Shown here: in pieces, positions 55,764-63,150 of the stretch
Layout: every line of letters begins with the position of its first letter
How positions within the stretch are numbered: position 1 is the stretch's first letter
Source: a virus
Taxonomy: Duplodnaviria; Caudoviricetes
Length of the DNA stretch: 64,000 nt
Strand: one strand, 5' to 3'
Virus record (IMG/VR): IMGVR_UViG_3300043388_000007
Location: 4,034 to 68,033 of that record
The notes under the pieces: generated by a model
What the model was told of the DNA's origin: nothing
The model's database searches: none
What the model saw: only the letters and a program-made list of their open reading frames with translations
Translations under genes and position numbers: made by a program

Positions 55764-56021
55764 TCAGGACTCATGGCGACCTCGATCAGGCTCGGCTGGT
55801 GTCTCACCGAGAGCAGAGAGCGTCAGTGGGTCCACCCAGGCGATGCCCATGCCACCGTAGATGGCCGGGTCATCGAACTTCACCTGGACGCAGCGCCACG
55901 GTTGCTCGGGGCCTGGCTCTTGCACCCTGGTCACGGTACCGGTGTGCACGGTCTTGCCGTCCTCGCCGTAGGGGAGGGAGACCTGCACCTTGTCGTCGGG
56001 GAACCACATGGTTACCTCCAT
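55764..56021 (-). CDS. Small SH3/Tudor-like protein
   Basis: GTVTRV...CVQVKFDD. Confidence 0.55.
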   Translation of the reverse strand: MEVTMWFPDDKVQVSLPYGEDGKTVHTGTVTRVQEPGPEQPWRCVQVKFDDPAIYGGMGIAWVDPLTLSALGETPAEPDRGRHES

Positions 56022-56665
56022 TCCGAGTCCTTGAGGATGATCGGCATGAGCAGCACCCGCAGAGTACCTGCCTCGCTCTTCATGGAGAAGTGGTTGACCC
56101 GCTTGCGTTGCAGAGCGTGCACCCGTAGCGGGACCATGGCGCCGTCCTCGTCCACCGGATCGTGCCAGGAGTCGAAGGCGTCGAAGGCGTCGTGGAAGTA
56201 GTCGAGGTTGAACCCGACCTCTTCGTCAGCGACCACTTCGTCGCTGATCAGCCTGTGCATGTCGGGCCAGTTGGGGATTGTGAAGATGTCGGTCTCGGCC
56301 ACGCCGTCGCTCGGATCGCTGGTCTCGACCGTCCACTTGGTGTGGCTGTTGGTGGCCGTGATGACGATCGACTCGTCGCTGTCGTCGTCGGCGTTGTCCA
56401 GCAGGATGCTGTGGGCGAGGAAGTCGGCGCCGATGACGATCTCACCCTCGTCGTACGCATCGACAACAGATCGTTTGATCTGGGCGATGTGAGCACGGAA
56501 GCCGTCCGTGGTCACGAAGGCCACGGTCTTGTCGTCCTCGTCCCACGTGATGTGGATCGTCTCCATGAAGGAGGTGGGCGACTCGTCCAGACAGGACGCC
56601 GCCGCAGGGGTGAGAGCTTCGAGGATCTGTTTCAGCAGCTTGGTCTTGATGGTAAGTGTGGCCAC
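56012..56665 (-). CDS. Truncated two-domain DNA polymerase III beta-clamp-like protein
   Basis: FVTTDGFRAH (cf. ATDGHRL), PNWPDMHRLI, VGFNLDYF, C-terminal RVLLMPI; 217 aa. Confidence 0.78.
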   Translation of the reverse strand: MATLTIKTKLLKQILEALTPAAASCLDESPTSFMETIHITWDEDDKTVAFVTTDGFRAHIAQIKRSVVDAYDEGEIVIGADFLAHSILLDNADDDSDESIVITATNSHTKWTVETSDPSDGVAETDIFTIPNWPDMHRLISDEVVADEEVGFNLDYFHDAFDAFDSWHDPVDEDGAMVPLRVHALQRKRVNHFSMKSEAGTLRVLLMPIILKDSEWR

Positions 56666-56671
56666 ACTAGC

Positions 56672-56680
56672 ACTGTATCA
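56672..56680 (-). promoter_or_regulatory. Extended -10 promoter, leaderless start of the clamp-like gene
   Basis: TGaTACAGT, 6 nt before the GTG at 56665; inside the cactgt/acagtg IR. Confidence 0.6.
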
Positions 56681-56920
56681 CACAGTGGGGGCTTGTGCTA
56701 CCTCGTCCGCTTCTTCGACCGGCCGGTTCCGGGAGGGCGGCTGAGGCTCGATGGTGACCTTCCAGTGTGAAAGCCCCATATCCCGGTATTGGACAGGCAG
56801 GTCCTCGATCACGATTCCGTTGAATCGCTCGACTCCAGCCTGCGCCGAGAGGTCGGAGAGGTCGTGGATGACACCCTGGAGGTCTTCTGCGATCTTGTCG
56901 AAGGTCAGTGGCTTGGACAT
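56678..56920 (-). CDS. Hypothetical protein
   Basis: 80 aa; TAGTAT 6 nt before the ATG. Confidence 0.6.
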   Translation of the reverse strand: MSKPLTFDKIAEDLQGVIHDLSDLSAQAGVERFNGIVIEDLPVQYRDMGLSHWKVTIEPQPPSRNRPVEEADEVAQAPTV

Positions 56921-56946
56921 GTGGTGATACTAGAGGCCTGACGCAC

Positions 56947-56977
56947 AAGTGCCCCGGTCACAGCGACCGGGGCACTT
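56947..56977. terminator. Perfect 13-bp hairpin terminator
   Basis: aagtgccccggtc-acagc-gaccggggcactt. Confidence 0.8.
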
Positions 56978-56991
56978 ACTTCACCGAGTGG

Positions 56992-57123
56992 TCAACTCGC
57001 CGGGTACTGGTCCTTGTCCTTGTCGTTCTTCTCCATGAAGGCGTAGCCGCTGGTGTAGCCGCCCTGGGTGAAGTCGGCAACCCTGCCGAGCGTCTCGATG
57101 CTGGGTGATTCGTAGTCCACCAT
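56992..57123 (-). CDS. 43-aa peptide with lasso/RRE-type RiPP leader (MVDYESPSIETLGRVADFTQ-GGYTSGYAFMEKNDKDKDQYPAS)
   Basis: Not in the ORF track; AGGAGA RBS 7 nt upstream; own promoter and terminator; YxxPxI-xxx-G-xxxxx-T-x-G leader spacing. Confidence 0.72.
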   Translation of the reverse strand: MVDYESPSIETLGRVADFTQGGYTSGYAFMEKNDKDKDQYPAS

Positions 57124-57154
57124 AGTGATGTCTCCTGTTCGGTAGTGGACCATC

Positions 57155-57163
57155 ACTATAGCA
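57155..57163 (-). promoter_or_regulatory. Extended -10 promoter for the RiPP-like peptide
   Basis: TGcTATAGT on the minus strand. Confidence 0.6.
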
Positions 57164-57177
57164 GATGTGGTGAGATA

Positions 57178-57693
57178 CTAGGACTCGACCAGCATCCTGG
57201 TCATCACCGGGTCTCTGGTGATGATGGTGGCGACCCAGTTGACGATGCGTTGGCTCTGGTCGGGGGAGTACGTCTCGGGCGTCCCGTAGTGCGCCTGCAA
57301 CTGCTCCATCCAGCCATCGAGAGCATCGAGCCGGGTCCGTGGTCCTCGGGCCAGGGTGTCGTTGGGGACGATGACCGGTCGCTTGGCGTGCTCGACTCGA
57401 CGGGTCCCCGACTCGTAGTACAGCTTGATACCTGGGTTGTCCTGACGGACCAGGTAGTTGAGGATGGTCAGGAAGGAGCGGTGGAAGTCCTGCGATCCCT
57501 TCGTGCCCTGCCACTTCTGCTCGCCCAGGTCCCGCAGCGCTCGGCCCTCGGAAAGCGTCTGGCGGGGAAGCACCAGGCGTGTAGGACAGATCTCAGGTCT
57601 GTCGTTGGTACGGCCGTTACGTGTCGCTCCTGAGCATTGCAGCAGCCTGATACCCACGATCTCGCAGGTGACATACTTCCTATCAGGTGTCAT
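57178..57693 (-). CDS. Hypothetical protein
   Basis: 171 aa; TGcTACATT extended -10, 7 nt before the ATG (leaderless). Confidence 0.7.
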   Translation of the reverse strand: MTPDRKYVTCEIVGIRLLQCSGATRNGRTNDRPEICPTRLVLPRQTLSEGRALRDLGEQKWQGTKGSQDFHRSFLTILNYLVRQDNPGIKLYYESGTRRVEHAKRPVIVPNDTLARGPRTRLDALDGWMEQLQAHYGTPETYSPDQSQRIVNWVATIITRDPVMTRMLVES

Positions 57694-57725
57694 GCTCGCG
57701 AATGTAGCACCAGGTAGATAGGTGT

Positions 57726-57989
57726 CTAGTCCGTTGAGACGACGCTCTTCTCCACCGCTACATCAACGCCGTAGTACTTGACCCATACCGTGGTCAGCAG
57801 CGCCGAGAGCCGGTAGGGCAGGCCAGCGTCGGGGTCGCCCACGTCCTTACAGAAGTGCTGGTGGTCGATCAGGTGACCGATGCCGCCCATGACTTCACGC
57901 AAGGCGCAGGCCTTGTGCATCGGCTGGATCGAGGATGCCGAGTTCTCGTCCTCCATCGGAGTATCACAGAGCACGCAGTTCACTGCCAT
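57726..57989 (-). CDS. Zinc-binding hypothetical protein
   Basis: CVLC...MHKAC..H..HQHFC. Confidence 0.65.
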   Translation of the reverse strand: MAVNCVLCDTPMEDENSASSIQPMHKACALREVMGGIGHLIDHQHFCKDVGDPDAGLPYRLSALLTTVWVKYYGVDVAVEKSVVSTD

Positions 57990-58189
57990 ACCACCCGAGT
58001 GAGGCCACCATGACCATGGACGGCTTCGACCGACTCCATGCCCCGGTCGTGGAACACCACGCTGGTGGGGAACTCGGACAGCCAGCGCAGCGCTACGACG
58101 CCTCCGGTGAACTCGATGCCCTCGGCCACGATGCCGGTCCCGGAGATGCCGGTGACATCTTCGTCACGAACCAGGACGAAGGCCCTCAT
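57980..58189 (-). CDS. Conserved small actinophage-type protein
   Basis: RDEDVTGISGTGIVAEG.EF....ALRW...VHGHGG.T pattern. Confidence 0.75.
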   Translation of the reverse strand: MRAFVLVRDEDVTGISGTGIVAEGIEFTGGVVALRWLSEFPTSVVFHDRGMESVEAVHGHGGLTRVVWQ

Positions 58190-58337
58190 ACGTCATCCTC
58201 AGGGTGCTCGGGGGGACAGAGCAGCCCGGTCCACTCCTGCCCGACGAACACGCCGAAGGGGCGGTCGGACGGCTCTTCCCGGTTGGCGACTTCGTGCTCA
58301 TCGAAGTCGTGGCCGCAGCGATCACATCGGTACTCGG

Positions 58338-59051
58338 TCATAGCGACTCAGGCAGGATGCGGCGGCGCTGTCTCGGCGGCAGCACTGTCGTGGTCGTCGT
58401 GGTCGTGGTCGTCGTGGGCGAGATCGTCGTGCTTGTGGAGGAGGTCGTGGATGAGGTGCTGGTCGTCGTCGTTGAGGACTCGGGGGGCAGTGACGACGTT
58501 GAGGTAGTGCTGACCGAGGTCGTCGTGGTCGAACTGGGGGCCGTAGTCGTGCTCGCCGGGACCGTGCTGGTCGTTGTACTGGTCGATGGCACGGTTGACG
58601 AGGTTGACGAGGTAGTCGAGGTCGTGCTGGTCGTCGTAGATGTGCTCGTAACCGGCACGGTGGAGGTCGTCGTTGGCGGCACGGTGGTCGAAGTGGTCGA
58701 GGTCGATGGCGACGTAGACGATGTGGTGGTGCTGGACGGCGCCGTCGTCGTGGTCGTCCCTGGTACGGAGGTCGTCGTTGAGGTACTCGGGGTGGTGGTG
58801 GTCACCGGCACGCTGGTGGTGGTCGTTGAGGCCACCGTGGTCGTCGTCGCACCCGTCCCCGTAGTAGTGGGCGCCACTGTCGTTGTCGTTGATGACGAAC
58901 CCCCGTCTGTCGTGGTCGTTGTGTAGGCCGGATGCGTCGTTGTGGTGGTCGGGGGCGGGTACCAACCACCAGCATCAGCCACCGTCGCCAGTGTGATAGC
59001 GCCTGCCGTCACCACGGCTGCTGCGACAGCGACCCACCGCTTGATTGCCAT
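58338..59051 (-). CDS. Secreted mucin-like Thr/Ser-rich protein
   Basis: Signal peptide (MAIKRWVAVAAAVV..ADA) then about 190 aa dominated by Thr/Ser/Pro; ggagag RBS. Confidence 0.75.
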   Translation of the reverse strand: MAIKRWVAVAAAVVTAGAITLATVADAGGWYPPPTTTTTHPAYTTTTTDGGSSSTTTTVAPTTTGTGATTTTVASTTTTSVPVTTTTPSTSTTTSVPGTTTTTAPSSTTTSSTSPSTSTTSTTVPPTTTSTVPVTSTSTTTSTTSTTSSTSSTVPSTSTTTSTVPASTTTAPSSTTTTSVSTTSTSSLPPESSTTTTSTSSTTSSTSTTISPTTTTTTTTTTVLPPRQRRRILPESL

Positions 59052-59093
59052 GACCGTCTCTCCGTCCCTGTGTGTTGAGTGAGTTGGGGGATG

Positions 59094-59483
59094 TTAGCTC
59101 GCCGTGAGGCCCACGAAGGAGCCGTGTGACGATTGTGTTACAGCCCGGTACTCCTGAGCCATCGTGCGCACTTCACGCATGGTCATCGGCTCATTGATCC
59201 GGTACTGCAACCGGTTGAAGATCTTCCCGTAGAGGTCGTGGCCGCAGCGGTAACACAACGTCCGATTGATGTCAGCGACGAACCAGTTCTCCCTGTACAA
59301 CGAGTAGTTCTCGGTGTAGAAGGCATGGCCAACAATATCACAACAGTTGAACAAGGTGAGTTGGGTCGGGGGGCGGTCCGTCGTCCTGTAGTGGAGGTAG
59401 ACGTTGGGGCTGACATGCATCTCGAAGTCCTCGATCGGTTGAGCCATGAACTTGCTGAACGAGAATTCAAACCCGTCACTCAA
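59094..59483 (-). CDS. Early protein with QLTLF motif and Cys/His cluster
   Basis: PPTQLTLFNCC..H...CYRCGH. Confidence 0.7.
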   Translation of the reverse strand: MSDGFEFSFSKFMAQPIEDFEMHVSPNVYLHYRTTDRPPTQLTLFNCCDIVGHAFYTENYSLYRENWFVADINRTLCYRCGHDLYGKIFNRLQYRINEPMTMREVRTMAQEYRAVTQSSHGSFVGLTAS

Positions 59484-59718
59484 AGCGCACCCACTCAGGC
59501 AGGTGGGTGGTCAGCCGGTGGACGGTGTTATGACACGCCAGTTGGGGACGGATCGTATCGACCTCAGAACGGCTGTAGGGGCCGAGGAAGCAGTCGGCGT
59601 TGTCCTGGAAGGAGATGTAGCAAGCGATGACATACTTGGCGAAGTCCACCGACACGACCGTTGTGGTGTTGTTCTCCAGAGGCACTACCTCTCCTTCCCG
59701 GAGCCAGACCTTCGGCAT
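59476..59718 (-). CDS. Hypothetical protein
   Basis: 80-aa coupled ORF. Confidence 0.55.
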   Translation of the reverse strand: MPKVWLREGEVVPLENNTTTVVSVDFAKYVIACYISFQDNADCFLGPYSRSEVDTIRPQLACHNTVHRLTTHLPEWVRFE

Positions 59719-59791
59719 GCGTCAAGGATACCGAACCTTGTCACTAAGAGACAAGGTGACCCCGTACGCCGGTATCAGCGACATACGCTGG

Positions 59792-60226
59792 TCACAGGCT
59801 TGGTGGTGGTGTGTCACCAGCTTCCGCCGCTGTGCGATCGCTGCCACCAAGCTTGCGCATCTCGTCCCCGAAGACCGGGAACAACGAGGTCGGCGTGGAC
59901 CCACAGAGCACCCTGGCGGTGATGCCGTCGTACATGTAGGACGAGAGGAAGTAGGCGTGACGCCAAGGGCTGAGGGTGTCGGTGTCACGGTCGTACTTGC
60001 GGAACTCGATCTCGTCGCCCTCGTAGCAGTTGGCCACCACCCACTCCGACTCGTTGGCGCCGTAGCACCACTCGAAGAAGTGCATCTGGCCCTGCTGCCG
60101 GTCATAGACAGGGACACCATTGAGCCAGTGCTTGGGCACTACGGTGATCCTGGTGTGGGAGTCCACTTTGGCGAGATCCCTCGGGTAGGTCGTTGGGATG
60201 TTGTAGAGGTGGTAGCTAGCTGGCAC
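59792..60226 (-). CDS. Aromatic-rich early protein
   Basis: 144 aa; QGQMHFF. Confidence 0.65.
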   Translation of the reverse strand: MPASYHLYNIPTTYPRDLAKVDSHTRITVVPKHWLNGVPVYDRQQGQMHFFEWCYGANESEWVVANCYEGDEIEFRKYDRDTDTLSPWRHAYFLSSYMYDGITARVLCGSTPTSLFPVFGDEMRKLGGSDRTAAEAGDTPPPSL

Positions 60227-60485
60227 GACTCTCGGCGTAGTCCAGGGCCGCCCGGACCCGCTTGTCGAACTCCACGCCGCCTGGCTGGTCGAACAGGATG
60301 GTGCCAGTGCCTCTCAACTGCCACTGCACAGCGAACCGTACAGCGGCATCGAGCAGGAGCGGGGCGCAGGGGATCATCTGGCGAGGGTTGTGCTCCAGGA
60401 ACCACTTACGGGTGCTGTGGTATCTCACTATCTCCGAGCCGGAGACCGACTTGGCGTAGACGATTCTTTCAGGATGGGGGATCAT
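60216..60485 (-). CDS. Hypothetical protein
   Basis: ATG estimated at 60485. Confidence 0.6.
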   Translation of the reverse strand: MIPHPERIVYAKSVSGSEIVRYHSTRKWFLEHNPRQMIPCAPLLLDAAVRFAVQWQLRGTGTILFDQPGGVEFDKRVRAALDYAESRAS

Positions 60486-60963
60486 TCGGGTACTCCATGG
60501 TGCCGTCTGGATGCATATGTCGGCTCCATCCTCTCGGCGTATACGACGGACCGAGCATGTAACTTCTGATTGCCGAGTCGTTGCTGTTGAAGCACCAGTG
60601 CTCACCGGCCGTGAACTGGTCCTCTGCGATGACGATGCGCAGCCGCTCACCGATCAGCCTCAGCAGGCACCAGTAGCGGCCGTCGTCCATCTTCTTGGTG
60701 GCGATGTAGCCGTTGGCCTCGGCCTCGAAGCCATCGGGGAAGCGGTACTCCGGGGTCAGGCGCCACTTGTCGAAGCACTCGGTGTGCGAAGAACACGACC
60801 GAAGCTGGTAGAGCTTGTGCTTGATGCGCCATGCCTGGTACTGGCATGGGTAGTACTCGGTGCCGCACCCCTCCTCGGGTAGGTACACACGACCAAAGTC
60901 AGCGGACCTACGTCGGCCGAAGTCGGCCTCAGTGAACATGACCTCCTGCTGATACGCCTCCAT
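60469..60963 (-). CDS. Early protein with N-terminal QEVMF and Cys/His cluster
   Basis: 164 aa. Confidence 0.7.
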   Translation of the reverse strand: MEAYQQEVMFTEADFGRRRSADFGRVYLPEEGCGTEYYPCQYQAWRIKHKLYQLRSCSSHTECFDKWRLTPEYRFPDGFEAEANGYIATKKMDDGRYWCLLRLIGERLRIVIAEDQFTAGEHWCFNSNDSAIRSYMLGPSYTPRGWSRHMHPDGTMEYPNDPPS

Positions 60964-60972
60964 AGACGTATC

Positions 60973-61296
60973 TTACAGCATGTTCGGCCCTTGTCCCTTA
61001 GGGACATTCATCCGTTCGAGGGCACGACGCATTATCTGGCTCGGCCAGGCAGGCCTCGGCTCGTCGGTGACGCAGAGCGGCTCACCGGCTCGTTCGCAGA
61101 CGCCCATCTGATAGCAGATCCCATGCTCGTCGGCCCCTGGCAAACCGTGGTATCGGGCGTAGTACGGACAGGTGCCGAGATCGACCTCATCCTGGCTGCC
61201 CCACTCGTTCGGCTTGAACAGGCTCAACTGGTGCGGCGGCACTACGGGTACCGTGATCAGGAGTTCTTCAGGCTCCCAGTTGAGATACTTAGACAT
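60973..61296 (-). CDS. Early protein with QLSLF motif and Cys cluster
   Basis: PPHQLSLFKP; CPY..CYQMGVC..C. Confidence 0.7.
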   Translation of the reverse strand: MSKYLNWEPEELLITVPVVPPHQLSLFKPNEWGSQDEVDLGTCPYYARYHGLPGADEHGICYQMGVCERAGEPLCVTDEPRPAWPSQIMRRALERMNVPKGQGPNML

Positions 61297-61582
61297 ACGG
61301 GCGCTCACGCACCAGCATCGGCAGCGAGCAGGCCCGGACGAGTGTGCCCTCCAGCCAGTAGTACGAGATGCTGGTCATGTTGTGGTAGAAGGTCTTGGCC
61401 AACGTCTCGACGGCCCACTTCTGGTCGAACAGGACGGTCTCGATCTTCTGGAACCGCTCTTCCTCGGAGTCCTCTCGAACCCTGCCGCCCCAGATCCCGT
61501 AGATCACATCGATCACCTTGGGTATGGTCAGCGTCCCCGGCAGCGGCAGTTGCAGACCGTAGATCTCGGAGTCGCCACTCAC
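61289..61582 (-). CDS. QLPLP-family early protein
   Basis: YGLQLPLPGTLT; GTGA-coupled start. Confidence 0.7.
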   Translation of the reverse strand: MSGDSEIYGLQLPLPGTLTIPKVIDVIYGIWGGRVREDSEEERFQKIETVLFDQKWAVETLAKTFYHNMTSISYYWLEGTLVRACSLPMLVRERPYV

Positions 61583-61899
61583 GAGAGGCCCCACCTCTTC
61601 TTCGTCACGTACATCGGCAGTATCTTACTCTCGACAGTCTTGTCACGCCTGCGGGTGATGAAGCCGTACGTGTCGGTCAGGAAGGCTGTGGACAGAGCGT
61701 CGATCATCAGATCAGGGTCGTTCAGCGTCACGTCCCTGATGTAACGGCGGTTCTTCCCGTCGCTCGGCACGTTCATCACGACCTTGGCGTACTCTTCGGC
61801 CTGCGCTTTGGTGAAGATCGGCAGGGGCAACTGGAGGCCGTGAGTGAGATAGAGCACTGGTTTGCGCTTCTTGGGGTTCGGTCGCCGCCTGTACACCAT
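61579..61899 (-). CDS. QLPLP-family early protein
   Basis: HGLQLPLPIFT. Confidence 0.7.
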   Translation of the reverse strand: MVYRRRPNPKKRKPVLYLTHGLQLPLPIFTKAQAEEYAKVVMNVPSDGKNRRYIRDVTLNDPDLMIDALSTAFLTDTYGFITRRRDKTVESKILPMYVTKKRWGLS

Positions 61900-61915
61900 C
61901 TCAGTCTAGATGTCC

Positions 61916-62125
61916 CTAAGAGACTAGTGCTGTGCCGAACTGCACAGTCTGCGGAATCAACCGGGTGATGAACCACTCCTGCTGCTCGAAAGAGCGGGTC
62001 CAGTCCTGGGCGTCGTATCTCAACTGCGGATACCAGGTGTTCTCGTAGACCTCGGTATGGCGCCACACCAGATACGGCAGGATCGTCTCTTCGGTGAGCA
62101 GACCGGGCAGCGGTAGCTGGATCAC
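61916..62125 (-). CDS. QLPLP-family early protein
   Basis: MIQLPLPGLLT. Confidence 0.7.
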   Translation of the reverse strand: MIQLPLPGLLTEETILPYLVWRHTEVYENTWYPQLRYDAQDWTRSFEQQEWFITRLIPQTVQFGTALVS

Positions 62126-62133
62126 TTGAGACC

Positions 62134-62403
62134 TCAGGACTCTTTCGGCTCAATGAGATACCGCCGCTGACGACGAGAGTCCCACTGGTTGTTAGTGGAC
62201 GAGGGATCGAGCCGAACCTCAGCGACATCGACCACGTTCGTGAGCAGGTAGTCGTGGTCCTCTTCCAGGCGCTTGACGACATTGCCCATGTCGTAGATGC
62301 CGACGCCACGATGAACCCAGCGATAGAAGGGCAGAGCGGTCTCCACCGTGAACACCGGCAGCGGCAACTGCACGCCCTGCCTACCGAGCCAGTTCATGCT
62401 CAC
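62134..62403 (-). CDS. QLPLP-family early protein
   Basis: QGVQLPLPVFT. Confidence 0.7.
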   Translation of the reverse strand: MSMNWLGRQGVQLPLPVFTVETALPFYRWVHRGVGIYDMGNVVKRLEEDHDYLLTNVVDVAEVRLDPSSTNNQWDSRRQRRYLIEPKES

Positions 62404-62711
62404 TTCTTCAAGCCCCAGGCCCGAGCGACATACTCGGACACGTTGCTCTCACGCTCCATGGCCCACCGGATGCAGAACATCGCCTCCAGGTCGTCCACCA
62501 GCACGTCCTGGTGCTTGTGGTAGTAGCCGACCTCACGATCGATCCAAGTCTGATTCTCGGTGCCCAACACTCCTACCAGGTACTTCACCTGCTCCATGGT
62601 CATCAGGCCTGGTATCGGCGTCTGCACGAAGTCAAGGAACTCGTATGATATTGCCGACTCGTATGACACCCGCACCATCTCATGGATACGTCTCGCCTCT
62701 TCACTGATCAC
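62400..62711 (-). CDS. Early protein with degenerate QTPIP motif
   Basis: FVQTPIPGLMT; GTGA-coupled. Confidence 0.65.
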   Translation of the reverse strand: MISEEARRIHEMVRVSYESAISYEFLDFVQTPIPGLMTMEQVKYLVGVLGTENQTWIDREVGYYHKHQDVLVDDLEAMFCIRWAMERESNVSEYVARAWGLKK

Positions 62712-62965
62712 AGCCCGCACGTGTCCTCATGATCGTCACGATCCTCGATCGTGTCACACTTCACACCACACCAGGCGCAGAACAGTTCGGGGTGCTCGAC
62801 AATCAGCGGTGTCATACTCAGCCCCTGAGGGCCGAGACCCTGAGGGCCGAAGATGCGCTCCCGTGCAAGCGCATACTCCCAACTGACCCAACTGTTCTCG
62901 TCGTTCTTCTTGAGGTACTCGTTCTGCGCCACCTCCAGTTGCTTGGGCTTGCGCCTGGGCCACAT
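62708..62965 (-). CDS. C-terminal C2HC zinc-finger family protein 3
   Basis: CAWCGVKCDTIEDRDDHEDTCGL*. Confidence 0.75.
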   Translation of the reverse strand: MWPRRKPKQLEVAQNEYLKKNDENSWVSWEYALARERIFGPQGLGPQGLSMTPLIVEHPELFCAWCGVKCDTIEDRDDHEDTCGL

Positions 62966-63150
62966 CAGAGGCCGCAGTTGTCTTCGTGGTAGTCACGCTG
63001 GGCCACGCTGGAACAGAGCTTGCCGCACCAGGCACACATACGATCGGCTTCCCTGAGCCGCCGTTCGGCCGTCATGTCGCCACTCCTGCCGATCAACGCC
63101 GCCGCACCCCACACCGTGGTGAGCAGCGCCAGCGCCACCTTCACGTTCAC
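62965..63150 (-). CDS. C-terminal C2HC zinc-finger family protein 2 (N-terminal TM)
   Basis: CAWCGKLCSSVAQRDYHEDNCGL*. Confidence 0.72.
   Translation of the reverse strand: MNVKVALALLTTVWGAAALIGRSGDMTAERRLREADRMCAWCGKLCSSVAQRDYHEDNCGL

Noticed and set aside
56992-57063. Calling the RiPP-like peptide a bona fide lasso peptide
   Set aside because: No Asp/Glu at core positions 7-9 and no cyclase in the window; only the leader match is supported
58380-58960. Dense short repeats (gtcgtg/gtggtc) as a possible CRISPR or satellite
   Set aside because: Codon repeats of Thr/Ser tracts; no fixed repeat-spacer periodicity and no cas genes
303-62161. Explaining TGWGATAC as GTAC restriction-site avoidance, parS or a CRP box
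   Set aside because: GTAC is common throughout the window; the sites are not palindromic like parS and lack the second TCACA half-site of CRP boxes
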